A stretch of 63,434 nt of DNA, the filler included, from Octopus bimaculoides (taxonomy: Eukaryota): the NCBI RefSeq assembly GCF_001194135.2. It is 6 parts of 6 records of this genome, joined end to end, with 100 filler letters (N's around TTAATTAATTAA, not from the genome) between each part and the next. Parts side by side here need not be neighbours in the genome. Positions count along the whole stretch, not along the records: positions 24,735 to 30,945 come from NC_068990.1; positions 31,046 to 39,228 come from NC_068994.1; 4 more parts are not named here. One strand, written 5' to 3'. The notes beneath the pieces are model-generated. The model was not told the DNA's origin and searched no databases. It was given only the letters and a program-made list of their open reading frames with translations. Both the position numbers and the translations under genes were made by a program. Shown one piece after another: positions 24,785 to 38,392 of the stretch; within the stretch, counting starts at the first letter, position 1, and each line of letters opens with the position of its first letter.

Positions 24785-25744
24785 ACGTATATATATATAT
24801 ATATATATATATGCATGTAGACATGCCACATCGTATTTTATAAAATTGATGTTGAATTTCAATAAATACATTGGAAGATTTAGGACAAAATAAAAATGTA
24901 TTTTAAGAAAAATGTCACCAACAACCATCACCATCACCACCACCACCACCAATACCACCAGCAACAACAACAACATGCATTAGGAAAATAAAAATAATTT
25001 CGTTAAAATATAGGTTAGTAGAGATTTTTGTTCTGAAATTTCAGTAGTATCAGCCAACAGGTATTCATTAATATATTGATTAAACAACGACAGTAAACGT
25101 GGGAGGAAAAGACTTGTTCCCACGCATACACACACACACAGAAGCGCGCATGCATGTACACATACACACGCGTACACACACACGCACACACTGTAACGCA
25201 GACACACACATAAATAGTAAAGTATGCCGACCGAACTGTAGGATCTCCTACTCACCTATCGCTACACGCCTTCATTAAAATTTTGGTTTAGGTGAATGGT
25301 AATTTAGGAGTTCCCTCCCTTTTACATTTTAGAAATACACTTTCATTTACACTTTAATTTATCTTGGTTCACTGCGTCAAGCCTTATGGCGTTGCTTTGC
25401 TTCCCACGCTCATCCTGCTCCAATACACACACAAATATGCACGTACATATGTGAACAGAGACACAGGCAGACACACATGCACACACATACACACAAACAC
25501 ACACATATACATAACCGAAAGATACAGGTACGCTTCAAACAAAGTTTTCTTTCTTTCTTTCTTTTATTATTCTTTCTTTTATCGTCTACTTTGTTAAAGA
25601 GTTCACCCAAAATGTTAGTCTACTTTTTTTGTATATCTGTATGTGTGTATGTATGTGTGTGTATGTATGTACATACATACACACATAAATGCATAGAAAG
25701 AATAAAAGAATAAACGCGTGTAACACTCTTTTACCAAAAGGACT

Positions 25745-26147
25745 TACTCTTTTACTCTTTTATTTGTTTGTCATTTAAGTGCGGCCATGCTGGAGCATCG
25801 CCTTTTAGTCGAACAATTCGACCCCAGGACTTATTCTTTGTAAGCCTAGTACTTGTTCTATCGGTCATTTTTGCCGAACTGCTAAGTTACGGGGGGACGT
25901 AAACACACCAGCATCGGTTGTCAAGCGATGTTTGGGGGGGGGGACATAGACACGCAAACACACACATATATATATATATGTACGTATACGACGGGCTTCT
26001 TTCAGTTTCTGTCTAAATCCACTCACAAGCCTCTGGTCGGCCCGAGGTTATAGTAGAAGACACTTGCCCAAAGTGCCACGCAGTGGGACTGAACCCGGAA
26101 CCATGTTGTCGGAAAGCAAGTCACTTAACTACACAGCCACTCCTGCA
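25745..26147 (-). mobile_element. SINE family A, full length, low divergence
   Basis: Complete reverse complement from tail to head. Confidence 0.9.
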
Positions 26148-26699
26148 CTTTATTCAAAGATTTAGCAGTAATATACGTGGGGTGATTTTCATCAGCCATT
26201 CTCATCTGGCAAACGACAATTTGTCTGGTGGTGCCTGTTGAATGTAAACAAAAATCAATAATGGCAAACTGAAATTTTCTTTTATTAATTATTTTTCCTT
26301 CTTGTCTCGTGACAGTTCCAGCATGATGTTACATTGCCTCATCTGGTCTGTATTAAGTATCGATTTTACGACGCTTTGTACGACTCTCAGAGGATAATCT
26401 CTTATAATAATTTGATGTAGGGAGTAAATATAATTTGCCGATAAAATAAGAACGAATGTCACGCCTGACCTGGCACGGAATGGTTTCCAGACCATATTAA
26501 TCTAGCTTCATGATTTATAGTACATTCGTCTGAACGCGCGCGCGCGTACACACACACACACGCACACGCACACACACACACACACTTACGTATGCATCTA
26601 TGTATGTATCTGTATATGTGTGTGTGTGTGTGTGTATGTATGTGACAGTAGGTGTGTGTATGGATGTACTATTATTATCATTATTATTATTATTATTAT

Positions 26700-26748
<49 letters not shown>

Positions 26749-26882
26749 CATTGATCTTTAGAAAACACTCACTGGATTCCAGGAATTGCTGTACCAATTA
26801 ATTCATTTTCCAATAAAAAATGTTACATATACGGGTACACATAAACACACACACACACACACACAAACATATACATACAGGC

Positions 26883-27160
26883 AGTGGCGGACTGGCCAGG
26901 TTGCCACTTTGCCCGATGGCAAGTGGGCCCCTGCGTCATTAGAATCCATTTATGGGGGTCACGTGTTAGTATCTAAGAGACTCATCCCCTCAAGTTTGAG
27001 AATTTTTTATTCACTCCTGGAAGAATTCATTAATCATTTCAGCCTGGCTGTGTTTGTAGACAGGTGAAAAGAATACTTTAAAACAAAAATATATAAATGA
27101 TAGCATTGTATTTGCAGGTGGGCCCCTTTGTAGTTGTGGGTTGACCCCCTTAGTCTCCTG
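26883..27160 (+). mobile_element. Possible hAT-like MITE
   Basis: CAGTGGCGGACTGGCC left end, repeated GTGGGCCCC near both ends; right end degenerate. Confidence 0.35.
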
Positions 27161-27903
27161 GTTGGACAAAAACAAGGAAAACGCTACATTTTACTTCGTT
27201 ATTTTTTATTTTGTCAATATTACATTGAAGACTGTCCCAGTCTGTATATACGTGTTCACGCGCATTATGAATGCATTATGTACTTCATGATAAAACCTCC
27301 TAATTTTTCTGGTTTCGCAGACATATTTAAACAAGTTAAAATGTCCGAAGAGGACAAATTATTGGAGCATGGATAGCTGACGCTTTCACTCACTAAAACC
27401 AATGACTAGTTTAATATTTCGAGAACTACAGTATCTAAAGAAGGTGGGTTCGATTCGCACAGGTCGCTTTCCGATTTTTTTCCATCCGAGAGTTTTTTAA
27501 ACTTTATATTATTTATAGCTACATCGATGTTCACGGTAAAAAATAGAATAGTGCGCGCGTGTGTGTGTGTGTGTGTGTGCGTGTGTGTATACGTATGTTC
27601 TTCACAGCCAAACAGCAAAGACAGTATTAAATATATATCAAGCTAAAATTGTAACAAAATAAACAATTTATACATCATTTAAATGCATAAGGACTTTAGT
27701 GTTTGCGTACGTGTGTGTGTGTACGCGCATACACACGCATATATACACAAATGTGCATGTGTTATACATGTGTATTATGTAGGTGTACATGTGTGTTCAT
27801 ACGTATACAAATGCATAAAAACATATTTATATATATATGTATATATAAATATATATACATACATATGTTTATATACACACACGCATATATCTGTGTTTGT
27901 GTT

Positions 27904-27958
<55 letters not shown>

Positions 27959-28055
27959 CCATACACACATACATATGGAAAGTGTGCTACAGCCAACAAT
28001 AATTGCCATAAATGACGAGAGAGGAGAGAGAGAGAGATAGAGAGAGAGACATACC

Positions 28056-28099
<44 letters not shown>

Positions 28100-29589
28100 G
28101 GCAGGCAGACGGACGGACGGACAGACAAGCAAATAGACTGGCAGATGTATATATGTGAAGACAGACAAATTGACATTCTTCTCGACATGGTGGTCCCTCA
28201 AAACGTTGTGCTTTTTTCATATATCCATACACACTCTATTCACAAGTATTGCTAGCTGTACCGAACGACGATGCATCATAATTCTATGACACTGACACAC
28301 ATGAGTATCCAACCTGAAATAATACTCTAAAATTACTTCCACACCGTACAAACTTCAACGATATCAAAATACTAATTGATCGCTCAGAGTAAATTTCGTA
28401 TTTCACACTACTTTGATATAACGATGGATGACTGCTATTCAACTGGGTTTATTCTGCATACACCCTTCTATGTACCACCGCCGTTACATTTGTGTCTTTG
28501 ATTTAAATATATTTGCTTTTCTTTGGTAATTCGAAGCGAATTTATTTATTCTGCTTTTTATGTATTTCTACATCAAGTAACGAATCTTAATATGTCAGAC
28601 ATTGAGAGTTTACAAGAGATGGTATCGTACTTAGGCGATATATTTTCTTGCAAGAAATATATTAACTTCAGCCATCTTTGCCGGCAAATGAACAACGTGT
28701 GTTGTTGTTGTTGTCGTCGCCGCCGTCGAAGTGTCTACACTCTGCAGTCGAACATAATCGTCTCCCTTGCTTTGCTGCGGATTACTGAATGGCTGAATAT
28801 CTCAATCTTAACTACACAGATTTCTCTATGCCGGACACAGTGGTCATTTAGAGTTTCAGATGATCAGTCTCAGTGGCCATTTCAATATAGTTGTCAGATG
28901 TGCTATAAATATCAGTGGAATTTTCCTCAGAGATTCTAAACCCTTCAAGGCCGTAGTTCAGCATAAGTCGAGTCAATCCGGGTTAATACTTTGCAATAAA
29001 CAGTGACAACGACATCAATTTCATTAAGAAGAACATTTCCATCCATTTGTGGTCTGAAATCTTTTCTGGTTTCGCTCTGCTTTATTTTGTTTTGTCTGGA
29101 AGAAATTATAAATGGTTAAGTAGTGGTGGGAGTAGAGTTTCTGTTAGAGGAGAAGAAGCTTACTTTTCTTTATATTTCTTTTATTTTTATTACAGCCATT
29201 ATTCTTACAGCAGACAAAAGAAAAGACACAGCGGACGGACATACAGACAGACACATAATGATAGAAACGAAACAAATAAGGCGGCCCTGGGTGAGTGAGG
29301 GACGTAATTGCCCAGAAGGGATGGTAGTCGATTAAAGTTTTAGCGGAAGTATATTGATTCTGCCTCGGGGGTAACAAGATGTTCTTTGTGAAGGTGAGGT
29401 TGTTTTTGTTGTTTTCTTTGTGTATTTTTTTCTTCATTTTATAGGCCTTTGGGTAGTGACTGAAAAAAAAATCGGCAGGACACCTAATAAAAAGCCTTAA
29501 ATTATCTCCTTTATGTTTTGAGTCTTGGGGCTCGATTGTCGTATCTCTTGAGTCGGATAAAACAAGTATGTATTGTAACTTTGTTAGAA

Positions 29590-29750
29590 ATTATTGGTAC
29601 ATCGACCCTAGTGCTCAACTGGTATTTATTTTATAGACCCCCAAAAGGATTAAAGGCGAAATCGACTGCGGCCGAAATTGAACGTAAAACCGGAAGAAAT
29701 ATCGCTAAGGATTTGGTCCTAACATTCGGCGTGCTTGCAATTCTGACAGC
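29590..29750 (-). mobile_element. SINE family B, partial
   Basis: actggtatttattttatagaccc...aaggcgaaatcgac...gaaattgaac, reverse complement of the family core. Confidence 0.7.
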
Positions 29751-30812
29751 TTTGTTTTAGATGTTCTAATGAAACCCATTTAAGGGTTTTTTACTCTGAA
29801 GACCTATAAAGGATAAGAAAATAGAGAAGAGAGGAAAACAGAGGAGAGCAGACGAGGCAACAATGGGATCAAGAGTCCTCAGTTTTCTGAATGCCTTCAG
29901 TGTTCTGGAACTCCGGAATGGAAGAGGAAGTCATCCGATGCCTCATCTCTGAAACAAGTGAAATAAGTACGCCGTCCCTAGACTCCAGCAATCAGCACAC
30001 AGCACAATGCCATGGTGCTGTAATGAGGGAGAGAGTATGGTTACAGACGAAATACCCAAACCTGACGTGGAGAACTGCTAGAAGCAAAGGGAAAGACGTC
30101 AGAAGAGACATTTCGAAGTTTATTTGTGATTGCAATATTTTAAATTTATGACAAAAAATATATACTTCTTTCAATTTCAGTTTAGCGTTTGAAAAATAAA
30201 TAATAAATGAGATTTGTATATTTAAAGGCGAAATATAAAAGTCCTTCAGGCGAATAAATTTCAAGAACTACGTCAGGAAAACATTTGTTTGCAGTCCAAA
30301 ATATAAATATTTTATATGTTTTCTCATGGATTGAAGTGATGTGAAATGTAAAAATTAATCTAATATTAGTGACAATGTAGTAATGTAATAAATATTTCAC
30401 GATTGTAATATGTTTTATCAAAATTTGTGTTTAGTTTTTGGCTAATGAAAATTAGTTTAAGTATTGAGGTATATTGCATTATGTGGTTGAGTATATTTGA
30501 ATGAGGCTGTGGGTATTTTTTGTTTACGTGAATGTCAGTGGGGGTAGTTGTGTATGCATACGGATGTGTGCTTGTGTGTGGGTGTTCGCGTTTCTATGTA
30601 AATATAGTTGTTTGTACGTATTCATGTATGCATGTATGTATATATGTATGTATGCATGTATGTATGTATATTGGCTCTGCACGTATGGATACATAAATAG
30701 ACAAATGGACAGGGAAACAGACAGACAGACAAACAGAAAGACAGGCAGGCAGACAGGTAGATAGGTAGGTAGGTAGATAGATAGATAGAGAGAGGGGGGG
30801 AGGTAGGTAGGT

Positions 30813-30887
<75 letters not shown>

Positions 30888-30945
30888 CAGATAGATAGAC
30901 AGATATGTATATATATGTATATATATGTATATATATATATGTATA

Positions 30946-31045
30946 NNNNNNNNNNNNNNNNNNNNNNNNNNNNNNNNNNNNNNNNNNNNTTAATTAATTA
31001 ANNNNNNNNNNNNNNNNNNNNNNNNNNNNNNNNNNNNNNNNNNNN
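30946..31045. other. Artificial scaffold spacer 4
   Basis: N44-TTAATTAATTAA-N44. Confidence 0.95.
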
Positions 31046-31231
31046 AAGTGGAAACATTATAATATTTTCTCTCTCTTCACTGTATATGTAAAAAAGGAAC
31101 AATGAAATCTCTTTGAATATGTTTTAACTTCAATAATACATTCCAATATTAAATTGTTCTCTATCCATGTTGATTGTAACTTCCATTGTTTGGTGTCTCC
31201 TCACATTTCTTTATCATTGGTTTGTCAACAG

Positions 31232-31385
31232 AAATACTGTCAACCTGTTGTGGTGACATCAAGTGATGATGCTGTGGAAGATAATGCTGCTATGGTTTGT
31301 AACTATACATCAGATACAATGTCATCTAAGAGAAGTGGTAGACAAGGAGACCTGAAACATTATGAAGAAATACCAGGAGTATCAG
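31232..31385 (+). CDS. Penultimate coding exon of an upstream gene (KYCQPVVV...HYEEIPGVS), possibly a protocadherin cytoplasmic exon
   Basis: tttgtcaacag| acceptor, open frame, CAG|GTTAGT donor, phase 1 matches the next exon. Confidence 0.6.
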
Positions 31386-31537
31386 GTTAGTAACTCCATT
31401 GATTCTTTTTTTTTTTTTTTGTTTTACTGTCCTGTATTTACGCTTACTAAATCCATACAAGCCATGTTAAATTGTTTTTAAATATGTATCACTATGTTTA
31501 TATATTTGGCAAAAATATCTTTTTATCTCAATTCCAG

Positions 31538-31614
31538 ATCAAAATATATATAAAAACAACGATTCATCTACATCAAAAGATTCTAATGAAGAAACACCAG
31601 TAAAGCATGTGTAA
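31538..31614 (+). CDS. Terminal coding exon (DQNIYKNNDSSTSKDSNEETPVKHV*)
   Basis: ttttatctcaattccag| acceptor, in-phase open frame to TAA, AATAAA at 31773 and 32153. Confidence 0.6.
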
Positions 31615-32380
31615 TTTTTACCCTGAAATAACATATCTACCCTACTCTCTGTATATATATACAATACTCAGCTGATCAATGCAAATACCATGCCAATGAA
31701 GTCATTCTATATTATTAGTGTTGTTTAATTGTAAGGACAAGGAGTGTCAGAATATGAGAAGTGATTCTGATAAATAAATTGAAAGTTGTGAAAATCAATA
31801 CAGTTTTATTTTAGTCAATTTGAGGTTCTGTACTATAATCACATTAATTTTGTTTGATGTGAAAAACTAGAAAGATATTGTATCTACACATAATTAAAGC
31901 AGGCCTTTTGATAGAAACCATAAAAAGCAAAGCTGACAGTGGTATGTGTTAGTTTTAATCCAAACCAGATTTATTTTGCTCTGCATTCTGTCAGGTTTCA
32001 TGAAGTTATTCACTTGCATCAATCCACTTGACTATATTATCCTGCTAAATGTTTCACCACTTTTAGAAATTATTTTTATTTTGTAGATATCTGGAAATAA
32101 GAGTATAATGTTTCATAAGTATTTGCAATTATTGCTTTATTGTTTCATTTAACAATAAACGATAGTTTGAACTTGATTAGGAATGTGTATGTCACATAGC
32201 CTTGTGACATTCTTATTGAAAGATAAATTTGAATAGGAATACTAACATTGAATTTTGTAGTTCAGCATAAAGATAGTTATAATGGCAGTAAATGATAGTG
32301 AGAAAGGATGAACATCACACAATCTCACTTTAAGTTTCAGGCAGTGTTTGCCTACCAGAATCAATATAAAGAACATTGTT

Positions 32381-32795
32381 ATTGGTCTTCTGTTTAGATC
32401 ACTCAGCCAATCAGATTCTGGATAAAACATAGAAAAAATTCACTAACAAAGCCAAGCATTCACATCACTGATGTTATTATCCCAAACAATTATGTTATGT
32501 TTTAGTATAAACATAATTCTAAGTATTTAAATAGATACCCATGTAAATAGTAAACATCTTCTTTAAGGATACATACATACAGAATACTATTAGGTGGATA
32601 TACTCTTACAAACATACAACTTCCATAACACATGCAGCCCTATCCTAGCAGCAGACTATCTGCCTGACGTGCTACACTACTCCATCACCATACAGCCATT
32701 GTCACACCATTACAGCAGCACGTACAATGGATCTTTCTACAATAAAAACGTCTTTCTATTCTCACTGAATAACCAATGATATAATTATTAAAGAG
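32381..32795 (+). promoter_or_regulatory. Candidate promoter and non-coding first exon of the protocadherin
   Basis: ATTGG 32381, AGCCAATCAG at ~32405, TATAAA 32506, perfect GAG|GTAAGT donor at 32795/32796; the Pcdh exon has an acceptor that needs an upstream donor. Confidence 0.4.
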
Positions 32796-34619
32796 GTAAG
32801 TTTCTATTTGATCTCTTATAATCTCATTTGATATTATAAATCTCACTGAATATGTATTAAATATTAACAAAAGAACAAAGAAACTGAACATTTTGTACAT
32901 ATTTTTCATTAATGCTGTTCAAACTCTTTTATTTCACAACTAATTACAAGTTGTTGATTGAAATGTTCAACACTCAGTCTTTATTCATTGAAACGATGTT
33001 ATATATGTTACATATATTGATCAGTAACAACTGAGAACAACCTATGAGATGTATTATAAAGTGTATGTGTGTGTGTGTGTGTGTGCGTGCGTGCGTGTGT
33101 GCGTGTGCATGTTTGTTATAAAGTAAGATAGAATATTTCATCTGTATAGTAGATGTTATATGAAAGATATATTTAGACGTTTTGTGTAGCAGAAATATGT
33201 TTTTTATATGGTTATTGAATGTGAGTTTAGAACTTATGACATAGGAGTGTGTTATAGATTTTAGCTGGGGATAATGGCAGACATATTACAATTTACTGCT
33301 GTCAGGGAACGACCAGATATGGTGTCATGTTGTAGAAGATAAAATAATGAGAAAAACCACTTCTGACTAGAAGTGAAGAAATATAGACAATAGCATTTAT
33401 GTCAAATCATTGCCGTTGTCGTCATCATCATCATCTATGTGGCTTCCATGTTAGCATGGTTTGGACAGAATAATACATTGTTTTCAAGTACATCAACCTA
33501 TTTCATCTACTTCCATAGTTTATTAATTTCTATAATTTGAGCCTAAATTCCATATTGTAATTTATAATGTATTTCCAAGATTTCATTATGAACTTTTGTG
33601 ATATTTTAATATCATTTAAAGCTTATATTTACAGAAATTAAAACTGAAATGTATTTTATCTATAAACAAGGTTTCCAATTCAAACTGAAAACAATTCTTC
33701 AGCATTGTGTTCAGATATATTTCACAATATTCTCTATCCAGGTTTTTAGATAATTCACATAAACTGCTACCATCCGTTTGTAGTTATCAGAATTGGTAGG
33801 TGCTCTAAATATCGACTCAAACTGTTTCTTCCTATTCTTTGTTCCTCATAAGATGTTTCATCTTTACATTAACTCTCCCATGTCATTTATTCTTTTGTTA
33901 GTTCTCCGATCTGAGATTCTTTCATCATTCATGGATTGTTTTATTTCTCAGACAAATGATGCAAGTATATTTTAAACTACATGAAACTGTGTTGGATTGC
34001 AGAATTTATTTCTTATTTAATTTCTCTGATGATTGTGAGGCTGCTTTACATAAGTTTTATTATACAAAGACTTTAGAAGAATCATACAGAATGTTCCAGA
34101 TATGTAAAATTATTTGTTAGAAACCACTGAATATGAAAAACGATAGATTTATATGATAAGAACATTCTTTGCTGGATGTAGCAAGCATTCTTAAGTACAC
34201 TGTTAATGTGCACCTATTACACTTTTGTCTGATTCCTTTGAATATTTACAATAAACAATTTGTGTATCATCAACCAATATCTCAACTGTAATAAGTCATG
34301 GAATCATTAATTATTACTCTGTCAGGCATACTTTCCTCTGTTTTCTATATATTATATCTTAATATCATCACTGTGGACACTAACATTTTATGGAAGGAAC
34401 ATTTTTCATTCTAATTGAACTTTTCAGAACCACTAATTAATGACATATTTAATTTTGTATGTCATTTATTTACATTGTAATATGTCCATATATTCCAGTC
34501 TGCTCATTATATATTGTTAATATCACATAAAGAACTAAGGAAGTTGTTGCTTATTTATAAGTTTATCATTTAAATATTTATGTTTTAAAGGATTGTATTT
34601 TCTTTGTTTTTCTTCCTCT

Positions 34620-36125
34620 TTCTTTACGACCCTAGAATCAAAAGGGCATGATGGGGTCAATAAGTAAGCAACTTCACTTTTCCTTATCTATGATTGTAAT
34701 ATCTGATCTATTGTTTTCTAACTTCTTGTCTACTTGAAGAGCAAAGTCCCACAAGATCTTACATTTCTCCAACTCTTTCGACTCGATGATTGTACCAGGT
34801 GTTTCCAGTTTCAAATCCCCATTTCTGGCACAGTTTCCAGTGTAAAACTTTTACAACCTGGTCATGCCTCCATTTCTTATTTTCTTCCTGTGCCAACTTG
34901 GAGCATTCTGTCACAATATGTGCCACTGTCTCATTCCAAGTCCCACAGTCTCTACATTTTTCTGACATATTCTTTCCATTTATATTTTTTCTCAAGTTAT
35001 TTGTTTTCATTGTTTGATCTTGGGTCACTACAATTAGGCTCAGTTTCTTTTTATAATTGCTCCTTTTTTAACCGAGTCTAGGATTTTGTTTCACATATGT
35101 CCTCAGTGGCTCTCCAAAATTAGCCATGCAGAGGTTTCTCTTTGATCAATCTGATGTGCTCTCTTTGTATTTCATTCTTGCCTTGTTCTCCTATTATGTG
35201 CTTCATCACCTGTTCTTCATCACCTGCCTTTAGTAATTTTTCTGTGCTGCTCTGTAAATACTCGACTTTTTCTTTCCATCTGTATAACTTATTCTACTGC
35301 TATTAAGCCTCTTCCACTCTGGTCTCTCCTCAGGTACAGCCAGTTGATATCAGTTTTCGGATGGTGGAAAAAGGAACAACTTCCTAGTTTTTCTGTCAGG
35401 CTTCTTTATATCATTTTTGGTCCAGTCTATAATTCCAACTCCATATCTGATTAAGGGTACTGCTCTTGAATTGTTTCAATAAAATGTTTGGAATTCAACA
35501 TTGACTACAATAATTTTCTGACTCTCCTTGTGTACTCTCTTCTGGTAATTTGTTCCATTTCTTCATTTTTTATCACATCTGCTTCGAGTATTCCCAAGTA
35601 CTTATGCCACTGTCCTTTCTCAACCATTCTCATCGTTTGCCCATTTGGCATTTCAGTTTCCTGGCTTCTTTCTAATCTTCCTCATTTCATTTTCAGTATA
35701 GTGCACTTTTCTATGCCAAATTCCATACATATGTCATTTGAGAAAATGTGGATAGTATGTACAAGATTTTCAAGCTGTTTCTCATTTTTCACATAAGCCT
35801 TTATATCATCCATGAAAAGGAGAGGATTATTTATCTGACCATTTCCTTTCCCCAAATTGTAAGCAATTTTAACATTACATAGTATCATACTGAGCAGTCT
35901 CATGGCCAATATGAATAGTAATGGAGATAAGCTATCACCTTGGAGTATTCCACATCTGATGTTCACTGTTCCAGGTTTTTGTTTCCCTCTGATCAATTCA
36001 GTATTCCAGTGTTTCATACTTTCATTAAGCATTTTCTCCATGTTTTTTGCTATTCCAAACATGCTCATTGTTTGATTTATCCAACTATGTGGTACCATTT
36101 CAAATGCTTCTTTTGTAATCTAGCT
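34620..36125 (-). mobile_element. R4/Dong-clade non-LTR element, degenerate
   Basis: VPHSWI, GILQGDSLSPLLF, FMDDIK, MEFGIEKC, CRDCGTWNETVAHIVTEC, RHD. Confidence 0.9.
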
Positions 36126-36140
36126 GTGGATAATGTATAG

Positions 36141-36186
<46 letters not shown>

Positions 36187-36625
36187 ACATATCTTTGATG
36201 AAAGATCTGTTCAAGCATGGCTAATCTCAAAATAGGTATTAACAATAATAAATTGCTGACTGAATTGCAGAGTTCTTTTAGACATAGAACTTACTATTGC
36301 TTGTTGCTATCTTGTGTTATATATTCTTAGATTCAATGTTCTGCATTTTTTAAAGTTCATATCATTTGATCTTATTCAAATAATATATAGAAACAAATAA
36401 AATACATTCAGATGAGAGTTTGAAGTTTAACATTGAAATGAAAATAAGAAATAGTCTTCTGTTAGGTCTCGTTTCAGTGTGATATATATACAGGTATCTA
36501 TTGTGTGCTGTTGTTAGAAATCAGGCAAAAAAAAAATTTATAAACTTTATGTCATTGTGTAGGAGCATATTTTTTCTTATGCTTTGTCAGATAAATTTTC
36601 TTTTTCATATTAAAAATAAATATTC

Positions 36626-38090
36626 AACCTTCAATAGAGTATGCTGCTGTGTGATATGGTGGGCTCTGAGGAGGCTAGGAGTAGATGAGTGGCTTGTGGA
36701 AGTTGTACAGGTCATGAACAGGGGTGCTGTCTGTAAGCTGAAAGTTAACCATGAGTATAGTAAAGAATTTGGCGTACAGGTAGTTGTCCATCAAGGCTCA
36801 GCCCTCAGTCCCCTACTTTTCATCATTGTCCTTCAGGACGTAACAGAGGAATTCAAGACTGGCTGCTTCTGGGAACTCCTTTATACTGATGATGTTGTCC
36901 TCAAAGAAGATACTGCATCAGAGCTGGAAAAGAAATTCCAGGTATGGAAACAAAACCTGGAATTTAAGGGCCTTAAGGTTAACTTAGAAGACTAAGGTCT
37001 TAGTATGCAAAAGAAAGAAAAAAAAAACAGACAGGAGCCTACCCTGTTCAGGTTACTGGCCCTGCTCAATTTGTAGGAAAGGTATATGCAGGAATTCCAT
37101 ATGGTGTACCCAGTTTAAGCCATGGACACACGAGGTGCAGTGGAATAGTAGGAGGGTTATCAGAGAAAATAATGTTCGTATGTGGAAGATGCAGAGAAGC
37201 CACAAAAACTACAGATACTTGGGAAATCAATTTTGTCAAATACCCCAGAAGCTCTTTAGAGGTAGTGGATAATTTCTGTTACCTAGGGGACCAAGTTAGG
37301 TAGTAGGGGTGAACATATGGATAGCATAATAGCTAGAATAAGAATAGGATGGAGAAAATTCAGAGAGCTTTTACCTTTGTTGGCAACCAAAGGTTTCTCT
37401 CTCTCTGAATGAAAGGAAGATTGTATGATGCATGTATACGAACAGCAATGCTAGATGGAAGCGAGACATGGGCCCTGAATGCAGGGGACATGTGAAGGCT
37501 AGAGAGGAATGAGGCCAGTATGCTCTGCTGGATGTGTAATGTAAGTGTACATGTTCGACAGAGTGCTAGTGTTTTGAGAGAGAAGTTGGGCATTAGAGGG
37601 ATTAGATGCTGTGTGCAAGAGAAAAGACTGCACTGGTTTGGTCATGTTATGTGGATGGATGCTGACAGCCCCTCATGGAAGAGAGAGACCCAGGAAGACA
37701 TGGGGTGAAGGACCACCTCAGAACACTGAACCTTTCACACAAGACGCCAAAGGATTGAGATACCTGGCACCTTGCTGTACTCAGAAAGAACCGTCCTCCA
37801 GAGCAGAAGTGTTCAGGCTGTATTCTCTGATGAAAAGGATTGGCCTGCAAGAGTCCTGTGTCGGTGCCATGCTAAGAACACCCATGCTGATGTCACATGA
37901 AAGTACTTGTGCTGGTGCCACATTAAAAGCCCCAAGCACACACTATAAAGTGGTTGGTGTTAGGAAGGGATTCCATCTGTAGAAACCAAACCAAACCAAA
38001 CCGGAACCTGGTGCAGCTCTCCGGCTTGCCAGCTCTAGTCAAACCATCCTGCCCATGCCAGTATGGAAAATGGATGTTAAAAGATGGTGT
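36626..38090 (+). mobile_element. RTE(X)-clade LINE, 5'-truncated, with 3' UTR
   Basis: WALRRLGVDEWLV, HQGSALSPLLF, LLYTDDVV, Cys-rich insertion (CSICRKG..), WFGHV; the 3' UTR matches the (GAT)n-tailed repeats elsewhere in the window. Confidence 0.9.
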
Positions 38091-38392
38091 TATCATTGTC
38101 CTGCTTCTCATTCTTGTTCTTCAGTGTAGTTATCCAACAACAGTGAATTAAGTAAAATCTCTTTCATAGGGTGCGTAGCTTTTGCTATTTTTTTCACTTT
38201 TGTAGATTCATTGAAACAAATTATTGACTTCTTCATAAAGTCTATAAATGTAGTTTTGTAAAGTAATAGATTCATATTTCTAATGTAACTGAGAACTATA
38301 TTTTAAGATGATTTATTTCTGATAATAAATAGAAACATATTTCTCTTCATAGGTTAACACACTTGATTTTTTAAACAAGACCAACTATCAAC

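Noticed and set aside
28860-28935. Minus-strand CTGAGGA...GAAATGGCCAC hammerhead-like pattern
   Set aside because: Helix II only ~3 bp, U16.1 missing, helix I out of register; compatible with chance.
29860-30150. Unique moderately GC-rich stretch with short ORFs and several acceptor-like sites
   Set aside because: No frame gives a recognisable protein or a consistent exon pair.
32945-33000. TTGTTGA...CATT GAAA CGATGT possible decayed hammerhead
   Set aside because: Too many core and helix defects to support.
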